Assembly: GCA_030264375.1 (NCBI GenBank)
Contig: JASCQW010000162.1
Coordinates: 27,709,647-27,773,646, forward strand
DNA length: 64,000 nt
From: Carcharhinus longimanus
Lineage: Eukaryota
Direction of reading: 5' to 3'
Below, piece after piece: positions 24,383 through 36,100 of the stretch. A program made the translations under genes and the position numbers. Each line of letters starts with the position of its first letter. The stretch's first letter is position 1. The notes under the pieces were generated by a model. The model was given only the letters and a program-made list of their open reading frames with translations. It ran no database searches and was not told the DNA's origin.

Positions 24383-24742
24383 TCATTCATGGGACATGGG
24401 TGTCCAGCATTTATTGCCCATCCCTAGTTGCCCTTGAACTGAATGACTTGTGAGGCCATTTCGGAGAGCAATTGAGAGTCAACCACATTGCTGAGCCTCT
24501 GGACTCACATGTAGACCAGGTAAGGACAGCAGATTTTCTTCTCTAAAGGACATTAGTGAACCAAATGGGTTTTTGTAAAATTTGGTAATGGTTTCATGGT
24601 CATCAGTAGATTCTTAATTTCAGATTTTTTATTGAATTCAAATTCCACTATTTGCCATGGTGGGATTTGAACCTAGGTCCCCAGAACATTAGCTGGGTTT
24701 CTGGATTAATAGTCTACCAATAATACCACTAGGCCATCACCT
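24383..24742 (-). mobile_element. SINE family B, near full length
   Basis: attcattcat tail and a B-box-like gggatttgaaccta on the opposite strand. Confidence 0.8.
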
Positions 24743-24759
24743 GACCGTGGGCATTTTGT

Positions 24760-26700
24760 ATAACAGCATAACGCTGGGGGTCTTGATAAAGAAGGTGGAA
24801 ATTAGAAGAGACATCTTGTATTTACAGGAGGCTCTTCAAACATATGTTCATAAGGCAATAATTTAGGCTCTGATGACTGAGGTGAATTGCCATAAGAACT
24901 TCAACCACCAGCAGTTGAGGTCAATAAATGCATCATTATAAATCACACCCTACCAACTGCGGCACTAACCTCATACATTGGTTAATTTACATTCCCATCA
25001 CTCACCCAACCAACATTCTCCATTAGAATTCAATCTCAGATTCATAGCTCCAATGCACCCTCATATGCATAGCAGTGCTGCAAGCCTCACGATTACACCT
25101 CATAGTGCGCACACATTGCCCAATAGTTAACTACGACAATCACATCATGCAAACAGATCACACAGCATTCACTGATCCACTTCCCTCTCCTGCAGGATAA
25201 GACAGTGCACAATTGGAGGTAGCAGGAGCTATTTGTAGCTACAATTCTGAACTATCATGAAGAAGACAATGCTGGCTACCGTTATGATTCCTGTTGTTGA
25301 GGTTGTGACCGGCAGAACGATTGAAGTTATCAAGCATGACATTACCCTCATATCTAATCATTCTTACCACATCCCATCTTCTCCGAATCCACACTCTCTT
25401 CCAAGTTACAACATGCGGCACGGTGGCACAATGGTCAGCCCTGCTGTCTCACAGCGCCAGGGATCCAGATTCGATTCCCAGCTTGGGTCACTGTATGTGC
25501 AGAGTTTACACGTTCTCCGTCTGTCTGTGTGGGTTTCCTCCGGGTGCTCCAGTTTCCTTCTGCAGTCCGAGAGATGTGCTGGTTAGGTGCATTGGCCATG
25601 CTAAATTCTCCCTCGGTGTACCCAAACAGATGCCGTAGTGTGGCAACGAGGGGATTTTCACATTGACTTCATTGCAGTGTTAACGTAAGCTTACCTGTGA
25701 TACTAATAAACTTAAAACTTAAACTTACAGATGTATCCTTCTCCTTTCGGATACTTAAGAAGTGCAACCTGGCCAGGTTGTAGAGAAACAACAAGATGTA
25801 GTAATGATGAAGGCATGTCGTCACTTAAATTTCGCACTCGCAACTTCCAGCCTAGAAACTGACATGGCACATATTTTGGAGGATGGCACAGAGGTGGGAT
25901 AGGCATGTGGTGAGATATTGGGCACAAGTGTCAGGCAGCCAGGGCAGCTAGCAGGAATAGCGCATCAGCCAGCTCTCCAAAGGAGTAAGGTCATATACAG
26001 TGTTTGCTGCAGAGGACTCAGATGAAGATTTCAATGGGGAAGCCCACAGGAGATAACTTATGGATATGCACACTGAAATGCTTGGATCATTGGGAAGCCT
26101 GCCAGAAGGTTTGTATTCATTGTCAAGAAGAATGGAGGAATCTAGCATTAATGGCGCAGGGTTTTGTACAGAACCTGGAGCTTGTCTTTCCCTGTGTGGC
26201 GGGGTGGCCAACATCCTCTGCATACTTCCAGATTCAACCATGCTGTAGTGACTGATGGCCAATGTTGGATGTCACAGTTTCCATTGCAGCACAAGCAGCA
26301 GGCACCCAGATTCTGCATTCTGCAGTGGAAGCTCAGACTGAAGTCATGCAAGCTCAGACAGCTGCTGTCATGTCCGTGAGCACAGGTGTTCAAAAGGGGC
26401 AGCTTGGCTCAGCAGTCCAGCAATCTGTCCTCCAATGGATTACCAAAACTGTTAAAGTGCTATGGAAGGGAACAGCAGTGACCCCGTCGAGCATCAGCCT
26501 GTTGTCCTCTCTCAGGAGAACAGCATTCACCTTCCCACTACTATCACTGCCAATGTCCTTGCTTCTACTTCTCAGCCAGCCAGCTCAGACTGCTGCCATC
26601 CACACTGGGATGTTGTGGATCACAGCTGGGCTGTGTAGGCCCAGGGCTGCTTCAGAACCTTCTCCACCTGTAGTGAGCAGGACGTGTAGTATAACTGGCT
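24760..26700 (+). pseudogene. Degenerate Harbinger/PIF-type Myb/SANT-like accessory gene relic
   Basis: LIKKVEIRRDILY (about 24782), a spliced segment ctcctgcag/DKTVHNWR*QEL (about 25196), and AAEDSDEDFNGEAHRR*LMDMHTEMLGSL...SLSRRMEES followed by an Ala/Gln-rich tail. Contains stops and frameshifts and is interrupted by a SINE. Confidence 0.5.
25415..25722 (+). mobile_element. HE1/V-SINE-like SINE
   Basis: gcggcacggtggcacaatggtcagc head; aataaactt tail. Confidence 0.85.
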
Positions 26701-27619
26701 TGGGGTTTCCGGTTATGTTAATAATTAAAGTTGGTTGGGGGGGGGGGAGTAACTGTGTAGCGTAGTGTATTAATTGCTTACAAAGTAGTGTTTAGTTAAT
26801 TTTGTTATAGTAAAAGTCTGTGCAGTTCCTTTAAATTGGTCACTGAGTATTCAAATCTCTTGTTCAAAGTTATCAGTCTCTAATCAGGGATCTAGTCGTG
26901 AACTAACACATGTTGCAAATATTGCCTGATCAAGTTTGAAGTGAGCCAGATGCATATAATTTCTTGGCTACAGTCACCTTTGCAGTCATGGTCAATGCTG
27001 TCTTTGCTGTACGCTGAGGCTGTGGTGGTTACAGCAGATGGCAGATTTCAGTGATGAGCTCCTCAGTGAAGTAGAAACATCGGATATACTGTACCACTGA
27101 GAATGTGGTGGAAGAAGTTTGATCTGAACCCTCAAGTGGTTATAGCCTCCGGCTGAAAGCCCTTCTTACCATCTTCCTCCTTTTCCCAGCAGCTTGTTCT
27201 GTTCTGAATCATCTGCTCATTCTCTCTGTCATGATATAGTCCAAGGGAATGCAAACTGCAGGGTGGAATATCCTTTAGTGTGTAACATTGATGTAATGCC
27301 AATGGTGCCATTTTTAAACTCAAGGCTCTAATTAATGCCCTGTGTTAATATTGCACAGCTAAACATATTTTCACTGCAATTTAATTGCTCTTTGTCCTCA
27401 ATATTTCCAAAGTTTTTTCACAATGCTTCATTACACCATTCTGCTTTACATCTCTCCCCTGGGATGCCCTTACATGGCTCCATTCCCACTGGTTTGAACG
27501 CATTTCAAGCAATTGCTTACCTTTCCTTGGTGCAATGTCACCTTTGGCACTCCATTGAGGATCTATTCTCTTCTTTATTTCCACCATTTAGCACTACTGT
27601 CAGCAAGAATCAACCTCCG

Positions 27620-29170
27620 TGTAGAATCATAGAATAGTTACAGCGTTGAAGGAGGCCACTTTAAGTCAGTGCTGGCTTTTTGCAAGAACAATTCTACTAC
27701 TGCCCACCCCCCCAGCCCCCACTCCCGTGCTTCCCCACAGCCCTGCAATTAGTTCCTTTTCAAGTTCTTATCCAACTCTCTGTTGTGAACAATTATAGAA
27801 TCTACCTCTACAACACTCGAGAAATGCATTCTAGATCTTAACTGCTCACTGCATTAAAACATTCTTACTCGAGTAATCTTGCTTGTTTTGCCAATCACCT
27901 TAAATCAGTCTCCTCTGGTTCTCGATATTCCTGCCAATGGGAACAGTATTTCTCTCTATCTGGACCCCTCATGATTTTGACCATCTATCAAATCTCATGC
28001 CAAACTTTTATTTTCACTAAAAAATAACAACTCTGGTTTCTCCAATCGATTCATGCAACTTGAGTCTCTTATCCTTGAATATCATTCTGGTAAACTTTCT
28101 CTGAATCCTCTCTTATTCCTTTATATACTTCCTAAAGTGTGGTGCCTAGGAATAGGTACAATACTCCAGTTGAGGCCAAACCAATCTTTTATAAGGATTC
28201 ATTATAAATTTCTTCCTTTCAAGCCTCAATTTAGCTGAGGATTCTGTATGTCGTTTTAACGATTTTCTCAACCTGTTTATGCCACTTTCAATGAGTTGTG
28301 CACATAAATTCCCAGGTCTCTCTGTTCCCAAACCATCTGCAGAATTGTATCCATTATTTTGGATTGCCTCCCTTGATTCTGCTGATCAAAATGTATCACT
28401 TCACTCTTCCCTGCATTAAATTTCATCAGCCACACCTCCTCCCATTCCAGCAACCCAAATATGACCTCTTCAAGTCAATCACTATTCTCATTGTTTGCAA
28501 CACTTCCAAGTTTTGTGTCATTTGCAAAGTTTGAATTTGTGCCCTACACACACCCAAGTTTGACCAGCCACCTCGCCCTCGTCCAGAGAGTGGAAAGCAA
28601 TGGCAAACCCCAGTGAAAACCTGCCAAGGAAGCAGCTCAGGATCAAGATCAGCAGACAACTGGACAATGCACACTCGAGTGAATGAACGGCACCTAAGTT
28701 AGATCATTCATATATACTATACTATTGTGTAAATTTCTAATACCAAAGCCCAGGTAAATCCATTGTAAACGTTCCCCAGTCTGGAAAAAAATCTTTCATC
28801 ACAGCTCTATGTTTCCTGTCACACAGCCAATGTTGTATGTATGCCACCACTGTCCCTTTTTATTCCATGGGCTTTAACTTTACTGACAAACCCATTATGT
28901 GGTGCTTTATCAAATGCTGATTGGATTCCCTCGCCCAGTACATCAACAGTATTATCCTAATCAATCCTCTGTTACTTCATCAAAACACTCAACAATGTCA
29001 CTTAAATACATGGTTTGGCTTATCTGTGCTGGTTTTCCTTAATTAATGCACACTTTGCCAGTTTTGTCCTGAATTTTTATTTCTGAAAGCATTCCCACCA
29101 ATGAGGTTAAACTGGCTGGCAAAAAAATCGCTGGGTTCACCTTCACACCCTTTTTTTGAACCGGAGTGTA
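27620..29170 (-). mobile_element. Old degenerate CR1 LINE fragments
   Basis: YKRLVWPQLEYC relic, gtagaatcatagaat tail and gctttatcaaatgc (KAFDK) relic. Confidence 0.6.
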
Positions 29171-29175
29171 ACATT

Positions 29176-29498
29176 GTGAGGCCTTGATAGAGTGGACATG
29201 GAGAGGACGTTTCCACTAGTAGGGAAGACTAGAACTAGAACTAGGAGGTACTATCTCAGGCTGAAGGGACGATCTTTTAAAGCAGAGACGAGGAGGAATT
29301 TCTTCAGCCAGAGAGTGGTGAATCTGTGGAACTCTTTGCTGCAGAAGGCTGTGGAGGCCNNNNNNNNNNNNNNNNNNNNNNNNNNNNNNNNNNNNNNNNN
29401 NNNNNNNNTGGGGATGAGAAAAATATCAGCCATGATTGAATGGCAGAGCAGACTCGATGGGCTGAGTGGCCTAATTCTGCTCCTAAGTCTTATGGTCT
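29176..29498 (+). mobile_element. Young CR1 3' end spanning a gap
   Basis: RLKGRSFKAETRRNFFSQRVVNLWNSL. Confidence 0.85.
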
Positions 29499-30908
29499 TA
29501 TTGCCATTCTCCAGTCCTCTGGCACCCACTTCTGTATTTAAGGAGAATTTGAAGAATATAGCCACGGAATTGATGGCAGGGAAGATGGCAGATGGGCCTT
29601 CTGTCCAGAGGCCAAATGAGTCATAGTCAGTTAATGATTACTTCCTATTGTCCTATTGCTGTTTGTCTCTCAGTTGATTCCCATTTGAGCCACTAACAGA
29701 GGGCGGGAGGTGCCCATGCCAATTGCACTGCCCGCCCTCACCAAGCACCAACTAGCACCATTCCTCCCACCTCACCGGGTCCTGCTGTCTGACTGGCCCA
29801 GATGCCACACACTTGGTGGAAAGGCTTGCTGTCCTTCTCTGGTGTTCTGTTCTTTCAGGTGCAGCCCCAGCAGCAGCCAGTATCACTGCTGATTGGCCAA
29901 TCCTGTGATTGATTGGCAGCTCCCGAGGGCAACCAAACATCTGAGTGTAAGTGTGAAATGAAGCCCATGTCACCTCCTGACAGTGAGACACCAGAATAAA
30001 GTTCAACTCTGAATTAAAAACTGTAAAAACATCAGTCTCGTCTTATTGATTGGATCAATCCTTTCAGAAGAAATTAGATTATTGTTTGAATAAAATTACC
30101 CTTCATTTGGTTTTCTATCTTCGACTGAGAGTTCACACAGATTCATTGGCATTTATACGCACTTGCCCGGGTTTTACTGGCACTTCTAGCTTGTACCGAA
30201 CTTGTGAGGTTCAGTTGTGGTTTTTTTTCTGTTTCTAAACTAGTCCAACACAAACTAATTGCTTGGCTCACATTTTAAATGTGGTTAAAGTCAATAGTTA
30301 CAACAAGCAACTGGTTTGGTTTCGGGACATTGACAAATTCCAAAATGTTCTCTTCCCTTAATTAGTACCATTTACGAATACAATTTTAATAAAACCCATC
30401 AAATTTTCAAGAATAAGTAACACCACCCAAAGGAAAGTTATTCGGACTTTTTAAAATATATTTTGACATCATGTGATGACATGTAAATAGTTAAAAAAAA
30501 TACTGTTTATTACTTGAAATTGTTCACTGCTAGTTTAAGTAAGAGCGTTCACAAATGGTTTAAAACATAACCTTGTCTAGCCCTTAATGGATTTGTCACA
30601 CTTTGCCGTCACCTCCAAAGCACTTTCTGATTCTCATCTGCAAATTACATTCAGTTCTGGAAAATCACATTACTGAAAAAAAAAGTAGAGTTCACATATC
30701 TGGAAAAGTCAAAATGGCTGCCATTATTTGCAGAACAGAGAGGTCATAAAAGCCACACATCATGAAAATGGTCTGCAAAATGGATAATGTTTGACTATTC
30801 TTCAGGGCAGTGCTTTAAGGGCAGTACTCTCATTTCTACACTGGCCCTGAAGTATTTCTCCAGCTCAAAGCTCTTGAAGGGGTTCCTGCTGTTAAGAGGG
30901 AACCTCAG

Positions 30909-31123
30909 TCAAGGAGAAAATGCTGGGGGCTGCTGTTGTTCCAGAAAATCTGCCTTCCAACTTAAGGGGCAGGAGTGTTCAAAGATTGGAATGAGGCCAA
31001 GACCAACATTTTCAGTTGCTGTCTCTTGGATTGTAAGAGGAAATACAGATTGTTTTGAGGCCATCTTTATCCTTTGGATATTTACTGCCACTTCTTGGAG
31101 TTTGTCCCTAATTTCCATATGGC
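30909..31123 (-). CDS. Candidate alternative terminal exon (GHMEIRDKLQEVAVNIQRIKMASKQ...QQQPPAFSP*)
   Basis: Pyrimidine-rich acceptor ctttctgccacacttactttcactccctaag. Phase-1 entry is in frame with ORF 30909..31118. AATAAA lies on the minus strand at 30506-30511. No homology support. Confidence 0.4.
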
Positions 31124-31444
31124 CTTAGGGAGTGAAAGTAAGTGTGGCAGAAAGCATGAAATCTACCGTGACCCCAGACCTTCCCAACCTCTGCCTTCAC
31201 CACCATACAGCATATCAGGAAAGGAATGAGCAATGGCAGCCTTGGTGGGATTGTTGGCAGGAGGAATACCACTTGTCTGCTGAGCCCTTACAAATCCCAT
31301 TTTCCACTGTTTTATACTGTGATCCCTACTGATGTTGAAGAATCCCTCCATAAAGAAGCATGACCCAGAAGGTGGTCATTCAGCCCATTGTGTCAGTGCT
31401 GCCAAAAATGAATTACCCAACCTAATTCCGATTTCAAGCTCTTG

Positions 31445-31806
31445 CCATTGACTCTGTCTACACTTCCCGCTGCCTCGGCAAAGCAGCCAGCATAATTAGA
31501 GACCCCCACACATCCTGGATATTCTCTCTTCCACCTTCTTCCGTTGGCAAAAAGGTACAAAAGTCTGAGGTCACATACCAACCGACTCAAGAACAGCTTC
31601 TTCCCTGCTGCTGTCAGACTTTTAAATGGACTTTCCTTGTATTAAGTTGATCTTCCTCTACACCCTAGTTCTGACTTTAACACTACGTTCTGCACTCTGT
31701 TGTTTCCTTCTCTATGAATGGTATGCTTTGTCTGTATCGTGTTCAGCAAACCCTATTTTTCACAGTGTGTTAATACATGTGAATAATAAATCAAATCAAA
31801 TCAAAT
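31445..31806 (+). mobile_element. Rex1/Babar-like LINE 3' end
   Basis: Same family as 3597 and 19113; (tcaaa)n tail. Confidence 0.8.
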
Positions 31807-31859
31807 CTTGCTCTATAATCCTGTAGGTCTTGGCATTTAAATGCATATCAAACCATATT

Positions 31860-32470
31860 TTAGTCAGGGATTTAATACTGAGCCCCATGGAATTCCACTG
31901 GAAACAGCCTTCCAGCTTAAATACACCTGTTACCCTTCGCTTTCTGTCTCTCCGATAATTTTGGATCCAATTTGGTACTTTCTGTAGGATCCCATGGACT
32001 TTTACTTTCCTGACCAGTCTGTCATTTGGGACCTTGTCAAAATCCTAGCTAAAATCCACAAAGACTACATCAAATACACTAAGTCATCAATCTGCCTTAT
32101 TGCTTCCTAAAAAAACCCAAAAATATCAATTAACTTAGACAAATCTGACCTTCCCTTATAACAAATTCATGATGGTTGAGCTTGAATAATCTGTGACTTT
32201 CCAATAATAATTCATATTGTCCCTCAGTATTTTTTCCAATAATTTGCTCCCCACCCAAGTTTGACTGACTGGCCTGTACTCAGTCGATCTAGTCCTTCCT
32301 CCATTTATAATCAATGTTACAAATGTTGGCATCTTCCTATCCTCTTGCACCATACCTGTAATTCTAGAGGACTGGAAAATAATTGTTAGAGTCTCTGCTA
32401 TTTCCTCCTTTGCACCTCTTGGTCTGGAATGTATCTTATCAAAGCTTGACATGTTTATCAACTTAGGCAA
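31860..32470 (-). mobile_element. CR1 RT fragment
   Basis: EEIAETLTIIFQSS...YRPVSQTWVGSKLLEKILRD. Confidence 0.75.
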
Positions 32471-32878
32471 AATAGTTTTCTCATGACTTTACAGATAAGA
32501 CATCCCTGCAAAGTTTATTTCACCAATTTTAATGTGAAAAAGTATGAAATACCATGAGTTGTATGTTTCACAAACTTAAAGCTAATTGTCTATCTTTTAG
32601 GATTTGTGATTCAATGACAGCAATATTCACATTTGTGAGCATTATGAGATTTTACTAAATGACTGACGGAAGGAATACAATGAAAGTCAGATGACAAAAT
32701 TAGGCCACACAACTTATACAGAAAACATAAGGAAATATACCTGACAGATTACACATGGGTAAAGTATGTAATAGTGTGTGATAGTTGTATGGAAAAGTGA
32801 TAGTTGTTTGGAAAAGTGAAGAGCCATGCGGTATAGGACGGACACTGAAGTTACACCAGTTCCACTTAGTTGTTTTAC

Positions 32879-32974
32879 CTTTCTGCTGTGGTCTGCGATT
32901 GGAAAGACCCTGCAATGTAAATCGCTTTTTAGCAAGAGATGAACGATCAAGGTTATGACTGGAAGGGACATCAG
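32879..32974 (-). CDS. MCF2L2: Symmetric phase-1 cassette exon (ADVPSSHNLDRSSLAKKRFTLQGLSNRRPQQK), 96 nt
   Basis: Strong pyrimidine tract (tcttcctcttcctctttcctag) and donor AAG/gtaaaa. Resembles the MCF2L segment SRKRFTLQGFANLKGQK (recalled). Confidence 0.88.
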
Positions 32975-34531
32975 CTAGGAAAGAGGAAGAGGAAGAGGTA
33001 AGAAGGAAAACTGAAATATCCTTAAGTGCACATTTCTTTGCACCAAAACACATGCTTTTTTTTCCAGTCGGGCATCTCTTAGACATTTTTGCACCATATT
33101 TTCTGGCCAAATTTTGCAGCAGTGGCGGAAAAACAGGAGAAGTGTCCTTTGATCAGTTTGGAAAGTTTAATCCAGCATAATTCTCATGGTCTAATTTTTG
33201 GATTATTTTATCTTATTAACTGAACTGAAAAAAACAGGGACTATATTGTAAATTGCAATGGAGTCATGCATTGACACTGAGTTTGAATTCTTAGGTTAGA
33301 ATTGTTAATGTGGATTCAGGGCTAAAACCACCTGAAACATTTCACTTCCTGGTGTAATTATTAATCCTTGAATGAACATATGTAAATGCACATATTGTTT
33401 TTAGAGCTTGGTATTCAATTCAATTGCCATAAATTTTCATAGTGTCATGGTAACATAATGCATTTTCATTTTGTATATCAACATTTTTCCACTTAATGCT
33501 ATGCAAAACTTGGGCTTTTCTTGTTTGGCATATAGGTGGAAATTGTAAGTAACATTGCCTGCTGGAAAGACACATGATAGCCTCTGTAATGGAAGCTTCA
33601 GCCTTTCCACCTCTTGACTACTGGAATCTTGCTGGACACTATAAATGCGCATTGCTGATTGATGGTTGAGGTGCTTACGAGCTGTTGGCAGAATTCCATG
33701 TTACTTGAACTTAACCCAGGCCAAAGCAAGAAAGTCACTGGACATGCCCACCAGGTGAAAGCAGGTCAGAAGCACAAAGAGTTCCTCCAAGATAAATGGA
33801 TTGGTGAGGTTTGGGAGGGGCTGGTCTTCCTTTCTTCCCCTTTCTGAGAGTTTCTTTCAGAATCGTCTTCTTCATGATGAGCCTTATTCTGGTCCCAGAC
33901 AGGCATCAGACAGTCGAGCTTTCACTGCAACAATCTACTCTTTGCAGACGTTCAACATGCCAATGGGACCCAGCAATTAAAATGTCCCAGCCTCAAATCT
34001 GGGCCTTTTGTACTTGCCCTGCCCCACACACCTGAAAGTAGCTGGGAGTTAAAATTGACTTCATGGTTTTCTTAGTGGTATTTCTGGGCCAAAATAAGGT
34101 ATTGAAATGTGGCTGTGCTTGAATATGAGCCATACGTTTGGTAATGTTGTCCAACATCAATACAAATACATTCTTCTCAGCCTACACTATTCCAAAATGT
34201 TATAAAGGTTGCTTGGTGCCACATTAAGAGGCTCGTGTGGTTGAACATAAACTGTTTATTGTTAGCATAAAACTATATACTATCTCCAAGGTATAATCCC
34301 ATGTAGGTGCTTTCTTCATGTCAACTTCTCTCAGATTCTCACTATACACAATCATATGACTCTGTACTATCACGTGATTCTCTACATCACAATGTGGGCA
34401 GTTCTGTTCTCCAGTCCCACATTAACCCTTGCTAAATCAAACATCTTTATCCTAAACCTTCTCCAAGTCATTACCCAATATACTTACAATACAATCTTTC
34501 TCTATGAGCTATTCCTTTTCCCATTCTCCAG

Positions 34532-34650
34532 TTGGGATTTTGCCGTCTGGCTCAAGCAAGACCGAAAATTCCCGCCTAAGGGCAATGGACATTTCTGTTG
34601 TCTGCCCCTCGCCCGCTCTGACTCTGTGGCGGGCAGGACAGTAGAATTCT
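34532..34650. mobile_element. About 120-bp MITE, same family as 762-880
   Basis: ttgggattttgccg ... cagtagaattct; reverse-complement similarity to 762-880. Confidence 0.55.
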
Positions 34651-34659
34651 GATGCCTGC

Positions 34660-36100
34660 CTCCCCAAATCTGACTTTATAAATTCAGATGGTCTTGAGAC
34701 TTGACTATTCTTCCAAATTTTGTCCTTGTCATGTTTGGAGGAATGGTGGGCTCAGTTGGTTTGGGTAGCACTTTTTGGTTTGGAGTTGCAATCATATATT
34801 CTGAGTTTCTGGCACTTAGTCATTTCCACCCAGTTTGCCTTTTGCACTCCTTCCAGTTAGATTTCTCAGAATCAACAATCTGCTTGTTTTGTTCAGATTT
34901 CCTGGGTTTGTCCCATTCCTTCTGAAGGGAATCCTCACTCCATTCATTCATGGAACGGACTCAGACTTTCCTTTTTCCATAGTGTCTGCGATGATATTCC
35001 TGGGAGTTGACGGTGTATCTCTCTCATGTCTGAACGTTTCTCATCCATGAGCTTACCCTGCAGTGTGTCTTCCTCAGTCACACTGTTTATCTCCAAACCT
35101 ATGTGGTTTGCTGAGGTGTGATTTGATGAGTTGGTGGTTGCTCTTTTTCTGCTCCATTGACTTGCTGCTGTATGTTTGAGGTGACACCTCAGCTTCACTG
35201 CTATGGTTTTTGACAGCAATTCTTGGACTCTGAGGTTCATCTTCCATTCAATTGGTGCACAGGAGAAGGTTGGTGCGAAACTGAAGGTTTATCTGGTCCG
35301 ACTGAACAGGGGTTTTTGCTGCCAGCTGCAAAGGAATTAGATTAACAGACCATGCAAAAATGAATACAATACAGAGCTGAATTCTCAGGCAAGAGTGTCT
35401 GTACTTGTGGACCTCAAAGAACCTGCTATTTCATTTAGTTGTTTTGACATCTTGTACAGTTTTGTGAAGGTAAGCACAACGCAAGCATCCTTGCACAAGA
35501 GAGAAAAAGATTAGTTTCAGACGACATACAAAATCTTGAATATTTGCTTGTCGGCATAGTGGAGTGGTTCTAGAATCCTGCCCATGACCAAGAGCCAGAT
35601 TCCTCCAGGACTATGATGTTTGTGTCTGTCACCCATTCAGAGGAGTACTTCAGCCACAATTCCTTGTCTGAGATGATTGTCATTTTGGCTTCCGTGCCTA
35701 ATTTAAAATTAGTGAGGTGACACGTTTACAGAAATGGCAGCATCCTAAAAAATTCAGGCTCCTTGATCTCACTCAAGAAGCACATTTTGGTTTCTTTTTG
35801 GTGTGGTACGTCAACCTCGTGGACTATTTTGAGATCCCCTGCACATTGCAGGTTCCGAGAGAGCTTTTCAAAAGTGCCCCAGCCATTTGCAATTGAGACA
35901 CTGCACTGCAGTGTTGATGGAAATTGCTCTCGCTTGTGAGGTCTTTTGGCTCCTCAAAATTGACATGGTCTCCCACTATCTTGTGGTCTGTTTAGATATT
36001 GCCTTCCTTGGCCTGGAGTCTCCCTGCCTTCTTGTTGCTTTATGAGCTGGACAATTAGGGTTGCTCCACATGATAGCTTAACATCGCCATGTAAAATGGC
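34660..36100 (-). mobile_element. Internally deleted, degenerate Gypsy/Ty3 LTR retrotransposon
   Basis: Zinc-knuckle relic RPCQF*GAKRPHKREQFP / QCLNCKWLGHF (about 35870-35975), protease relic FKLGTEAKMTIISD (about 35666-35708), integrase tail MTRTKFGRIVKSQDHLNL* (about 34676-34732), then a purine tract ggggagg. Confidence 0.65.

Noticed and set aside
30572-30637. AG...GT-bounded segment on the minus strand (similar cases at about 43776-43864 and 37435-37482)
   Set aside because: In-frame stops in the required phase and no supporting homology.
35057-35326. Exon-like segment with a good acceptor (ttcctttgcag) and donor
   Set aside because: All three frames from the acceptor contain stops, and it lies within the Gypsy relic.
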